Below, piece by piece: positions 8,644 through 17,050 of a stretch of 64,000 nucleotides of DNA. Each line of letters opens with the position of its first letter. The first letter of the stretch is position 1. Source of the DNA: a virus (taxonomy: Duplodnaviria; Caudoviricetes). Position numbers and translations under genes: made by a program. The stretch lies in the IMG/VR virus record IMGVR_UViG_3300016265_001297, positions 11,864 through 75,863 of that record; one strand, given 5' to 3'. The notes below the pieces were generated by a model. It was not told the DNA's origin, did no database searches, and saw nothing but the letters and a program-made list of their open reading frames with translations.

Positions 8644-9144
8644 ATGAAGATCGTTACCGATGAAGTTTCAGGCAGAAAACTGATAGTTGATGAAGATTAT
8701 TGGACAGATTATGGAGAAAACGCAGACGAATATTTTTCTCGGTTCAATATTCGTTCTAATCTATACGCTATTAGAAATAGGGCCAGCATTAGTGAAGTAA
8801 TTGACTTTGCTAATAAGGTTCGCAAAGCAGGCGGAGGAAATATTATTGATAGTCTTATGCCTAGCACTCCTGAACAATCAGATAGTTGTCTTATTGCTAA
8901 TGCTCTAAATTTTGATTGTACTATCGAACCTAATAGTGATGATACTTGGAGTATGATTATTGATGATGTAGATACTGGTGAGAAAATTGCTGAGAAACTT
9001 GGCCTTGACTATAATCACCACGGCGATTCTATTGAGATTATTTTGCCAAAAAAGATTGGCCTAGTAGCAAAAGCATTTGATACTTATATGGATTATGAGT
9101 TGGAAACTTATAACATACACACTGAGATAATGGAGGTAGCATAA
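8644..9144 (+). CDS. Hypothetical protein
   Basis: SD AGAAAGGA, ATG 8644; CLIANALNF motif. Confidence 0.7.
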   Translation: MKIVTDEVSGRKLIVDEDYWTDYGENADEYFSRFNIRSNLYAIRNRASISEVIDFANKVRKAGGGNIIDSLMPSTPEQSDSCLIANALNFDCTIEPNSDDTWSMIIDDVDTGEKIAEKLGLDYNHHGDSIEIILPKKIGLVAKAFDTYMDYELETYNIHTEIMEVA

Positions 9145-9632
9145 TGCCTAATTGGTGTCGTAACGACCTAGATATTGTTGGTCAGGAAAATGTTGTAAAT
9201 GATTTTATTGAGGTAGCCAAACTAGAAATAGATGAAGGAATTGTTCCTCTTTGTTTTGCCAACCTTTATCCAGAGCCTGATTATGATAAAAATCCGTCAG
9301 AGGATTCTTCCGTTATGCCAGATTGGTACAATTGGAGAATTGAGAATTGGGGAACAAAGTGGGATTTGGATATAAATACTCAATTTGATTCAGGAATAGG
9401 ATGGGCAAGTTATGTATTTGATACTGCTTGGAGTCCACCACTAGAATTATTTGATGTAGTGGCAGGAGATTATCCAGCACTAAAGTTTACACTTACTTTC
9501 GGTGAAATGGGTATGTGGTTTTCAGGACGAACTGTTTGGCAAACAGGAAAAAGATTCTCTCATATTGAGGGAGAATATGAAGCATTTTTTCCAGAAGAAG
9601 CAGAACAACTATTAGAGTATTCGGAGGAATAG
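9144..9632 (+). CDS. DUF1281/YubB ferredoxin-like protein
   Basis: MPNWC.N...DWYNWRIENWGTKWD...FDTAWSPP motif. Confidence 0.8.
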   Translation: MPNWCRNDLDIVGQENVVNDFIEVAKLEIDEGIVPLCFANLYPEPDYDKNPSEDSSVMPDWYNWRIENWGTKWDLDINTQFDSGIGWASYVFDTAWSPPLELFDVVAGDYPALKFTLTFGEMGMWFSGRTVWQTGKRFSHIEGEYEAFFPEEAEQLLEYSEE

Positions 9633-9633
9633 A

Positions 9634-10617
9634 TTGGCTAAAGGAAAAAAGACAGCAGAGATTTATGAAGAGGTAACTCAAAGAATTATTGATTCTTTGG
9701 AAAAGGGAATTATTCCGTGGAATAAACCGTGGGTTTCTATTGGAGGTCATAAGAATTATGTTTCTCAGAAACCTTATAGGGGAATAAATCCTTTCCTACT
9801 ACAAATCTCATCTATTGACAATGATTTTGTTTCACCCTTTTGGCTGACTTATAATCAGGCAAGCGAATTGTCTGTCAAAAAGTGGCTAAAGGATAATAAC
9901 CTTACAGACACAGATGATAATAGAGCAGCATATAAGAATGACGAAAATGGATACAAAGGTGTAAGGAAGGGCGAAAAGTCCACCACAATTATTTTCTGGA
10001 ATACATTTACTATCGAAGATAAGGATAACCGTGATGAAAATGGGAAGCCAGAGAAAAAGACAATTCCTTATCTAAAGTATATTTCTATTTTCAATACAGA
10101 TCAAACCGATCTTGGTATAGAAATTCCAGAAATTAGCGATAAACAATTTGACCCAATTGAGGAAGCACAATCCGTAATTGATGATTGGCCGGACAGACCA
10201 GAAATAAATCACGGAGGGGATATTGCTTCATACATTCCTTCATACGATCAGATTACTATGCCGCTTCCAGAAATGTTTGATAGTGAAAATTATTATTACA
10301 AAACTCTTTACCACGAAGCAATCCATTCTACTGGTCATAAAAGTAGGCTGAACAGAATCAAGGAATCGTCAGGATTTGGAAGCGACCCATATGCTAAGGA
10401 AGAATTGGTAGCAGAATTGGGAGCCGCTATTATGATGAATTATGTTGGAATCGAAACTCCAGAAACTGATAAAAATACAGAGGCATACATAAAAAGCTGG
10501 ATAAAGAGATTCAAGGAAGATTCTAAATTGATAATTTCAGCAGGGTCTAAGGCGCAGAAAGCAGCAGACTATATTATCGGCGCAGAAGATGAAACAGAAA
10601 CTGACGATAAGGGTTAG
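9634..10617 (+). CDS. ardC: ArdC-family ssDNA-binding antirestriction protein with zincin-like domain
   Basis: VTQRIIDSLEKGIIPWNKPW, YRGIN, GVRKGEKST, HEAIHSTGH..RL.R, YAKEELVAELGAA. Confidence 0.88.
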   Translation: MAKGKKTAEIYEEVTQRIIDSLEKGIIPWNKPWVSIGGHKNYVSQKPYRGINPFLLQISSIDNDFVSPFWLTYNQASELSVKKWLKDNNLTDTDDNRAAYKNDENGYKGVRKGEKSTTIIFWNTFTIEDKDNRDENGKPEKKTIPYLKYISIFNTDQTDLGIEIPEISDKQFDPIEEAQSVIDDWPDRPEINHGGDIASYIPSYDQITMPLPEMFDSENYYYKTLYHEAIHSTGHKSRLNRIKESSGFGSDPYAKEELVAELGAAIMMNYVGIETPETDKNTEAYIKSWIKRFKEDSKLIISAGSKAQKAADYIIGAEDETETDDKG

Positions 10618-10624
10618 CAAACTT

Positions 10625-10655
10625 TTCACACAGCAAAAATTAGGCTTGGTAGCCT
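10625..10655 (+). promoter_or_regulatory. Early promoter TTCACA-N19-TAGCCT
   Basis: Consensus match. Confidence 0.7.
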
Positions 10656-10709
10656 TACATAGTCGCGGTACACTATCCGCAGACAATCCAGCCACTAAGA
10701 AAGGTAAAA

Positions 10710-11078
10710 ATGCCAGAAAATATTTCTACAGATGATTTGATTGATCGTAAAGACGAAATCATAAAAGAAATCGAAGATGCTCTTCATAACGGTCTTTGTG
10801 ATATTGACACATTCAAAGATATGGTTGATGAATTTTACGAAATTTCTCAGATTGGGGCAGATTGTAGTGATTTTGATTATGGCGCAACGCTAATTCACGA
10901 AGACAATTTCACAGATTACATTGAAGAGTTTATTGCTGATGTATATCACGAAACATATCAATTGGTGGAAAATTGTAGTTGGCCTGTAATCAAAATTGAT
11001 TATGAACAAAGCGCCAGCGATGCTAGAATGGACTACACAGAAGTAGAATATCTTGGTGAAACTTATCTGACTAGATAG
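10710..11078 (+). CDS. Acidic protein, WP..ID paralog family (ArdA/DNA-mimic-like)
   Basis: LIHEDNFTDYIEEF...SWPVIKIDYEQSASD..MDYTEVEY.GETY. Confidence 0.65.
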   Translation: MPENISTDDLIDRKDEIIKEIEDALHNGLCDIDTFKDMVDEFYEISQIGADCSDFDYGATLIHEDNFTDYIEEFIADVYHETYQLVENCSWPVIKIDYEQSASDARMDYTEVEYLGETYLTR

Positions 11079-11090
11079 TTTTGTTACATT

Positions 11091-11121
11091 TTCGCGCAAC
11101 AAAAACTACCTAGCCTATACT
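11091..11121 (+). promoter_or_regulatory. Early promoter TTCGCG-N19-TATACT
   Basis: Same register and A-tract as the others; hairpin GCGGTC-GGAGGAT-GGCCGC follows. Confidence 0.6.
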
Positions 11122-11171
11122 AAGTGAGCGGTCGGAGGATGGCCGCAAAAATAATCAAGAAAGGAAAGTAA

Positions 11172-11912
11172 ATGCCAACCAAGACAGAAGAAATCCTAGC
11201 AGAAATGCTTACAGAAAATACTGGACGGCATATGCTAGATTCTGGTGGAGCATATGGAAGAAATTGGGAAAGAAATCAAGGCCTTACTGTAAACGATTTT
11301 ATAAATTCAGATAAGGTAAGAATTACTAAGTATGGTCCGGTCGCAAGTCTATTTCATTATCTAAATGATAGTTTGGAATATGCGGAGGAACTAGATAAGG
11401 AATTTCAGGAGTGGATAGATAATCCTATTCGCAAAGATAATTCATATATACAAGATAGTTGTGATTGGGCCAGCAATTTTGAGGAATCATATTATCCTAG
11501 TTTCAATAGTTATGACGGCGAGAATATTCTTTCTCAGTGTTTCCAAGTAGAAACTTTTAGAGTAGATGGTGACGAATATTGTAGTCTTTCTATTCACGGA
11601 GGATGCGATATTCGCGGCGGATATACTAGGCCAAGAATTTTCAAGGTTTATTCAGAAAGTTTTGGCTGGAGTTGTTCTGATTACACTATATTCTCAGTAG
11701 ATAGAAAGGCAGAAAAAGTTGCTTTGGATATTAGGGGTGGGGAAATTATTGATTATGAAGGAAGTTATGTTGCTTATGATGACCCTCTAAGTAATTGGGC
11801 AGACTTCTACACACAAAAAGAAGGTTATCCAATTTGGGATGAAGAAAAAGAAATGTGGAAAGCGCCAGATGGTGATGGATACATTGATATTGATGTTTGT
11901 TGGGATTACTAG
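11172..11912 (+). CDS. Conserved hypothetical phage protein
   Basis: MLTENTGRHMLDSGGAYGRNWERNQ and IHGGCDIRGGYT motifs. Confidence 0.75.
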   Translation: MPTKTEEILAEMLTENTGRHMLDSGGAYGRNWERNQGLTVNDFINSDKVRITKYGPVASLFHYLNDSLEYAEELDKEFQEWIDNPIRKDNSYIQDSCDWASNFEESYYPSFNSYDGENILSQCFQVETFRVDGDEYCSLSIHGGCDIRGGYTRPRIFKVYSESFGWSCSDYTIFSVDRKAEKVALDIRGGEIIDYEGSYVAYDDPLSNWADFYTQKEGYPIWDEEKEMWKAPDGDGYIDIDVCWDY

Positions 11913-11922
11913 AAGGAGCAAT

Positions 11923-12156
11923 ATGAATTATCAAGAAATTATTGATAGCGTTATTGAGCATCACGAAAGAGGCGACGAAACTGTAAGCGTAAATGATATT
12001 GCTATGACTTTTGGTTACGATAAAAAAGATGTAGAAAGTTGTTTTGTCGAACTAAAAGAAATTGGCTTGATGGATAGTAATTCAGAAGGTCTTTGGTGGT
12101 CAAAAGTAAAAGAAGCAACTATAGTAGAAGATTGGGAATACTTTACACTACAATAA
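11923..12156 (+). CDS. Winged-helix-like small protein
   Basis: SVNDIAMTFGYDKKDVESCFVELKEIGLM pattern. Confidence 0.55.
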   Translation: MNYQEIIDSVIEHHERGDETVSVNDIAMTFGYDKKDVESCFVELKEIGLMDSNSEGLWWSKVKEATIVEDWEYFTLQ

Positions 12157-12452
12157 TGGCCTCTAACACAGAACAATTCGCAAAGTCTTTTATAGGTACT
12201 AGACTAATTATAGATAATAAAAATTGGACTATTACTAATTTTTATGATGGAGATACTAATGCGGAAGAAGACTGTTGGTTTATTCTTTCTGACGGAAAAA
12301 ACAATATTGAAATTCATTATGAAGATTATGATGAAGGACAGATATTTTCGCCAGAGGATTATTATCTAGATGGAAAACTAATAGAATATCCTGACGGGGA
12401 ACCGCCTAGCGTTTCTATTAGAAGAGAAGAGCAAAAGAAAGAGGAACAATGA
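12156..12452 (+). CDS. Acidic hypothetical protein
   Basis: TAATG coupling at 12154-12158. Confidence 0.65.
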   Translation: MASNTEQFAKSFIGTRLIIDNKNWTITNFYDGDTNAEEDCWFILSDGKNNIEIHYEDYDEGQIFSPEDYYLDGKLIEYPDGEPPSVSIRREEQKKEEQ

Positions 12453-12796
12453 ATACACCGTGGGGAAATGCTGAATTTATACACTATTTTGGAAATAGCC
12501 TAGAGCAAAGAAAAGAAAATGTGGTTATAGTATCTACCCCTAGTCACGGAGGAATTGGAATAAAGGTAGATGCCGCAGAAAACTTTTATGAAATTTCTGA
12601 TTACGCAAAAGATATAGCAATCAAGTCAAATGGATATTACTGGTTTGAGGAAGATTGCGACTGGTCAGTAGCAGTAATAGAGTTAGAATTATATGATATA
12701 TTTGGGTCAGAGCAAAGAGATTCAGCAATAGATTGTGCTGAAAGGTGGCACTCAGATTATCTAAGCAGAATTGGCGGAGCAGAAACTAGCGCGTAA
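12449..12796 (+). CDS. DUF7007-like protein
   Basis: TPWG...STPSHGGI...WFEEDCDW motif. Confidence 0.7.
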   Translation: MNTPWGNAEFIHYFGNSLEQRKENVVIVSTPSHGGIGIKVDAAENFYEISDYAKDIAIKSNGYYWFEEDCDWSVAVIELELYDIFGSEQRDSAIDCAERWHSDYLSRIGGAETSA

Positions 12797-12809
12797 AATT
12801 AGGCTAGTC

Positions 12810-12840
12810 TTTACACTACAATAATGGCTTGGTCTAGCCT
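12810..12840 (+). promoter_or_regulatory. Early promoter TTTACA-N19-TAGCCT directly upstream of the tandem array
   Basis: Consensus match; predicted start about 12847. Confidence 0.7.
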
Positions 12841-12847
12841 TACTGGG

Positions 12848-12973
12848 GCGCGACAGGACAGCGCCATAGCGCGACAGGACAGCGCCATAGCGCGACAGGA
12901 CAGCGCCATAGCGCGACAGGACAGCGCCATAGCGCGACAGGACAGCGCCATAGCGCGACAGGACAGCGCCATA
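12848..12973 (+). repeat. Six perfect tandem copies of GCGCGACAGGACAGCGCCATA (21 bp)
   Basis: Units start at 12848, 12869, 12890, 12911, 12932 and 12953. Confidence 0.98.
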
Positions 12974-13043
12974 TATATACAACGGCCCGGAGGATAAAAT
13001 ATACGAATCAAATAAAAATAATAAAAAAGTTAGATCAAATGAT

Positions 13044-13238
13044 TTGATTGATTTTTCTGATAAAATGTGGGAAAAATATCAAGATTCTTTTTCAGATTTA
13101 CAAAAAAGCGACTTTCTAAGATATATCAAAGACCATCTTTACGAAAATAATCCTATGATAGTTGGCAAAAGCAAGGTAAAAAATCTAGATATTTTTATTG
13201 ACTACAATCACAACAATAAAGGAAAAAATGAAGCCTAA
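13044..13238 (+). CDS. Small hypothetical protein
   Basis: ORF track; weak start signal. Confidence 0.4.
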   Translation: MIDFSDKMWEKYQDSFSDLQKSDFLRYIKDHLYENNPMIVGKSKVKNLDIFIDYNHNNKGKNEA

Positions 13239-13539
13239 ACCATTTATTGATATGACAAACGAGCAAGAGGTAATCAGAGAAGCAAATCAAATTTTTGATG
13301 GCGATCAATATAAAGCAGAAACTATTGAGCAAGCACTAAATATGTTTGTTCATAATGGAGAATATGATGAAATTGTTTCTATAGAAGGAAATGAGCCAGA
13401 AAATGCCGTAAGGATTAGCGATTGGATTTTGTGGACAGACTCACAAGGAAATCAAACAGCATTTCAGTATGAGAATGAAGAAACCGCTTCTCATTTGATA
13501 GAATGTTATGATAAGGGAATCGAAAATCCGGGGGTATAA
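13228..13539 (+). CDS. Hypothetical protein
   Basis: SD AAAGGA, ATG 13228; WTDSQG motif. Confidence 0.65.
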   Translation: MKPKPFIDMTNEQEVIREANQIFDGDQYKAETIEQALNMFVHNGEYDEIVSIEGNEPENAVRISDWILWTDSQGNQTAFQYENEETASHLIECYDKGIENPGV

Positions 13540-13660
13540 TGTATAAAATCGTTCATAAAAACAATGGCAACACTGTAATTTTTTCCACAAAAGAAAAGAA
13601 AGAAGTAGAAGTTAGGCCAGACGGAATAGTTATTATTAGAAAGAGAAAGGATAAGTAATA

Positions 13661-13804
13661 ATGGATGATGATATTCAGATTGACGAGTTGGAAGATATTA
13701 TGTTTGATGGAATGGCAACTCTAGATTGTGGTTGTACAGTAGAACCCGATGGAGTTTGTCCCTGCGGTAATCAATCACCACTATTGGAATTGGGAATGAT
13801 ATAA
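13661..13804 (+). CDS. 47-aa Cys-rich zinc-binding peptide
   Basis: LDCGCTVEPDGVCPCGNQSPLLELGMI; SD AGAAAGGA. Confidence 0.75.
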   Translation: MDDDIQIDELEDIMFDGMATLDCGCTVEPDGVCPCGNQSPLLELGMI

Positions 13805-13826
13805 ACAAACTTTTGCCTGACGAGTT

Positions 13827-13857
13827 TTTCCACAAGAAAAATTCGGCCTGATAGACT
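13827..13857 (+). promoter_or_regulatory. Early promoter TTTCCA-N19-TAGACT, CTGACGAG subfamily
   Basis: Shares upstream CTGACGAGTTT with 15005 and 16540. Confidence 0.65.
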
Positions 13858-13859
13858 GA

Positions 13860-14090
13860 TTAGGTCGCGTAAGTAGAGCGGAAGTTTATCCGCTAAAAAT
13901 ATGCGGCCCTTTAGTTGTTTACTACTCGCCCGAATCAAATATCGGAAACAAAAGAAATAAAAGTCAGAATCTCCCTTTCCTGATTACTGATAAAAGAAAT
14001 CTTATTGGCTTTCTTGCGTAGTAAGAAAAGAGATTTCCAGAATTTATTCTGAATCCACCGAGGCGATTATTTTTATAACAGAAAGAGGAA
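13860..14090 (+). ncRNA. Candidate structured leader/ncRNA
   Basis: Consecutive hairpins with G-U pairs; shares two motifs with 15335-15980. Confidence 0.4.
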
Positions 14091-14096
14091 AACATT

Positions 14097-14255
14097 ATGT
14101 GGACAGTAAAACTCATTTACGGTATTAGATTTACCGCTAAAAATATGTCAAAAAACAATAATGTTCTTGTTTTTAGTGGAACAGATTACACTAAATCTGG
14201 CCTCGTATATGTTCATAAAAGCCAAATCGAAAAAATGGAAAGGGTAAGCCGATAA
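14097..14255 (+). CDS. 52-aa hypothetical protein
   Basis: SD AGAAAGAGGA, ATG 14097. Confidence 0.5.
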   Translation: MWTVKLIYGIRFTAKNMSKNNNVLVFSGTDYTKSGLVYVHKSQIEKMERVSR

Positions 14256-14256
14256 A

Positions 14257-14547
14257 ATGATAAACGCTAATCCAGATTACATTTCTGATATTGCCTACGC
14301 AGTAAAAAAGATTGAGCAGTTTGGAGAAGGATATTACAATAATGTAATGGCTTCGCTAAAGATTATTGAGGGAGTTATTGCTCAAAATGATGACAAAATT
14401 CTTTGCGGAGATTTTACTATCTGTGCGAAAGGCGTAGAAAAAAAGGCTAAGGATTTGGCTGCGGCTATTATGATTCATTCTAGTCTAAATACTCGCGGAG
14501 AAAAGAAAATCATTCTTGATAACGATATTGTTATTTTGGAGGGCTAA
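14257..14547 (+). CDS. Hypothetical protein
   Basis: Co-oriented ORF. Confidence 0.6.
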   Translation: MINANPDYISDIAYAVKKIEQFGEGYYNNVMASLKIIEGVIAQNDDKILCGDFTICAKGVEKKAKDLAAAIMIHSSLNTRGEKKIILDNDIVILEG

Positions 14548-14548
14548 A

Positions 14549-14995
14549 ATGCTTCTGGATTTTTCTGACAAAACTAATCAGTATCAAGATATTGACCACG
14601 CTAATCGTATTATCCAAAAGCGTATCAATGACGCTGAAATGGAACTAGAGTTTATTATTGTAAATGAGGCAGACGATAAGGAAAATATTTGCGAGAGCAT
14701 AAATGATCTACTCTATAATAAACTGGGCATTGATGAAGATACTGCCAATATGGATTTCTGGATGATTTTTCCAGAAATGTTTATGGATGAATTTTCCCAA
14801 AAGGTATTCTTTTCGCTTATGTTCTATCCAGATATGCGAGACAAAAAGATTACTTATGAAGATTATAGTTGGCCGCTTGATTTTATTGATTGGGATATGG
14901 CTACAAATAATCTTTTTGAGAGTATTGACCACAAAAAGTTTGATTGGAATGGAGAAACTTTTATAGCAGTGTATGATTGGGAAAGTTGTATCTAA
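14549..14995 (+). CDS. Acidic protein, WP..IDW paralog family
   Basis: SWPLDFIDWDMA...FDWNGETF. Confidence 0.65.
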   Translation: MLLDFSDKTNQYQDIDHANRIIQKRINDAEMELEFIIVNEADDKENICESINDLLYNKLGIDEDTANMDFWMIFPEMFMDEFSQKVFFSLMFYPDMRDKKITYEDYSWPLDFIDWDMATNNLFESIDHKKFDWNGETFIAVYDWESCI

Positions 14996-15014
14996 AATAA
15001 AAGGCTGACGAGTT

Positions 15015-15045
15015 TTTACCCAAAAAATATTCAGCGTGGTACGCT
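15015..15045 (+). promoter_or_regulatory. Early promoter TTTACC-N19-TACGCT
   Basis: Consensus match, CTGACGAG upstream. Confidence 0.65.
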
Positions 15046-15116
15046 TCCGGTATCGCGTGATTGTCTTTATATATGGCAGGCCACGCTAGAGAAACAAAAC
15101 GGAAAGGAAAACCTAA

Positions 15117-15332
15117 ATGGTTATTGATGGAATGGTTATTGTAAATGTAAAGTGGGATACAACTACTGACGAATATCCATATGGAGAACCGGAAGTAGAA
15201 ACTGAATCAGTTGTAGGTGTCCCGGTAGATATTTACGAAATGGACGAAGAAAATAACTTTGACACTAACTATGTCACAGATTATTTGTCAGATGAATATG
15301 GCTGGTGCGTAGAATATTGGGGAAACTACTAA
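15117..15332 (+). CDS. Acidic hypothetical protein
   Basis: SD GAAAGGA; TDYLSDEYGWCV motif. Confidence 0.7.
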   Translation: MVIDGMVIVNVKWDTTTDEYPYGEPEVETESVVGVPVDIYEMDEENNFDTNYVTDYLSDEYGWCVEYWGNY

Positions 15333-15334
15333 AC

Positions 15335-15975
15335 TTTACAAATATTCGCCCGAAGTAAATATCGGAAATATCGAAATTTATTTCGCTCTACTAAAAGTAT
15401 AAAATAATCGGGCAAGCACTTTTATTTTATACAAACAATGTCGGATAAGTTCAGACTAAGACAATATTTTTATTGTCTAGCAGAGGCGAAAATGGTATAG
15501 CGCCTACTTTTATAAAAAATAAAGAGCCAACCGAAGCGAAATAAAATATAGATAAAAAGATATATCTATTATTGGTTTTATAGATACTCTGCCTGTATAA
15601 ACATTAGTGAACAAGCAGCAACAGGATAAAAGATAAAACCACCGAGGCGAATAAAATTTATAAGTTATTTCGTTCGAATAAAAGTGCCGGAACGCGGCAT
15701 ACAATATCGGAAAAAAGATACGCGAGACAGAATAATACTAGTAAAGTTCTGAAAACGAATAAAGAATGGAACACTATTACCCGAGCAACAAAAGGCAAAA
15801 ACATTTTCGGGTAGCCTAATCAAAAGTGAAAATAGTGGTCTTTATTTGACAGCGGTTCCACCGAAACGGAATAAAATATTTATAAAAATACCGCCCGTAG
15901 TAAAGAACACAGTATCGGGGAAAGTATCGAATAAAGAGAAATCTGAAAAAGCCGAGGCGGTAAGATTTTACAAAA
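15335..15975 (+). ncRNA. Candidate large structured ncRNA / non-coding region
   Basis: About 640 bp without SD-backed ORFs; nested long stems; recurring CCRCCGARGCGAA and CGAATAAA motifs. Confidence 0.4.
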
Positions 15976-15981
15976 GGAAAA

Positions 15982-16188
15982 ATGAGCGAGATCAAACTAA
16001 CATATTACGAAAAGTTGCTTCTCATTGAGGCTATGGAAATGAAGATTGAGAAGGCCGAAGATATGATCAAGCAAGCAAAAAAGTGGAAGAATCAAGGAAT
16101 AGAAGTTCATTCAGAAAAGATAGTTGATGTTTACCAATCAGTTATCGAACAGCACAATGAAATCATAGAAAAGTTGTGGAAAAGGTAA
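15982..16188 (+). CDS. Small coiled-coil protein (LT..E family)
   Basis: IKLTYYEKLLLIEAM; SD AAAGGA. Confidence 0.65.
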   Translation: MSEIKLTYYEKLLLIEAMEMKIEKAEDMIKQAKKWKNQGIEVHSEKIVDVYQSVIEQHNEIIEKLWKR

Positions 16189-16192
16189 ATAA

Positions 16193-16495
16193 ATGACAGA
16201 AGATTCTTTCAATAAGTTAGTAGAAGAAGTTATGGAAAATGCTTCTGATCAAGAAAAAGAATACCTAGAGCAAGAAAGAAAAAGGGTAGAGCAACAAATG
16301 GAAGCAGAGTGGAAAAACATATGGGTAATCCAAACCAAAAATTCTGATGGAGATTGGGTAAGTATTACTCAGGGCGATCAAATGATTAGGTTTGGAAATA
16401 AGGAATCAGCACAAGGAGTAATGAATTCTTTTATCGAAAACTACGGAATGAATCCTAACGATATAAGAATACAAGCAATCATAACAAGTGAGTAA
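16193..16495 (+). CDS. Hypothetical protein
   Basis: Co-oriented ORF ending at a terminator. Confidence 0.65.
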   Translation: MTEDSFNKLVEEVMENASDQEKEYLEQERKRVEQQMEAEWKNIWVIQTKNSDGDWVSITQGDQMIRFGNKESAQGVMNSFIENYGMNPNDIRIQAIITSE

Positions 16496-16496
16496 G

Positions 16497-16526
16497 AACC
16501 GGGCTAATAAAATTGGTCCGGTTTTT
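16497..16526 (+). terminator. Intrinsic terminator
   Basis: AACCGGGCTAAT-AAA-ATTGGTCCGGTT followed by T-run. Confidence 0.75.
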
Positions 16527-16548
16527 GCTTTAGAAAATACTGACGAGT

Positions 16549-16580
16549 TTGACACCAAAAAATATTCGATAGTTTAGACT
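16549..16580 (+). promoter_or_regulatory. Early promoter (TTGACA / TAGACT), CTGACGAG subfamily
   Basis: Same register as the 15015 promoter. Confidence 0.7.
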
Positions 16581-16645
16581 AGCGGTAGCGGGTGAGTCAC
16601 TACAACCGACCGCCCCGAGGAAACAGAAAAACAGGAAAGGAAAAT

Positions 16646-17032
16646 ATGTCGCTCGATTGGAATCTGGAAAACATAGAAGATTATGAAAATATTTGTTGGG
16701 AAGTGAATGAGAAAACAGGAGAAAAGTATATGAATCCTATAACTCACTCACTTATTTTTGCGACAATATCAGTAGGGATAAGTGAAATCACGCAAGATAA
16801 TGTCGCAGAGTTTTACAACAGGACTATTCTGACAGCCAATGTTTATGGTGAACCTATAAGTGAGTTTCCAGAAGAAGGCGGAATAGTTAGAAGAAACTAT
16901 ACTTTCGAGGAAGTAAAGCAACATATTGGGCTATCAACAAATGCCAGCCATTATTCCGATAAGGAGTTTATGGAAAAAGTAAACAACGCCCAAGCCCAAA
17001 ATCAAAAAGATTTGGAAGTATTCAATAAGTAA
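16646..17032 (+). CDS. Conserved hypothetical phage protein
   Basis: MSLDWNLENI...LIFATISVGISEITQDNVAEFYNR. Confidence 0.7.
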   Translation: MSLDWNLENIEDYENICWEVNEKTGEKYMNPITHSLIFATISVGISEITQDNVAEFYNRTILTANVYGEPISEFPEEGGIVRRNYTFEEVKQHIGLSTNASHYSDKEFMEKVNNAQAQNQKDLEVFNK

Positions 17033-17050
17033 AAGGAAAGGAATATCAAA

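Noticed and set aside
12848-12973. Tandem array as a CRISPR array
   Set aside because: Units are contiguous with no spacers, and there are no cas genes.
12761-13011. ORFs reading through the 21-bp repeats (ALSCRAM and YGAVLSR repeats)
   Set aside because: Minus-strand by-products of an in-frame 21-mer with no SD, opposite to all neighbouring genes.
13817-16560. CTGACGAG at 13817, 15005 and 16540 resembles the hammerhead core CUGANGA
   Set aside because: No stem II followed by GAAA and no stem I/III closure. It sits at a fixed distance upstream of -35 boxes, so it is a promoter element and probably not transcribed.
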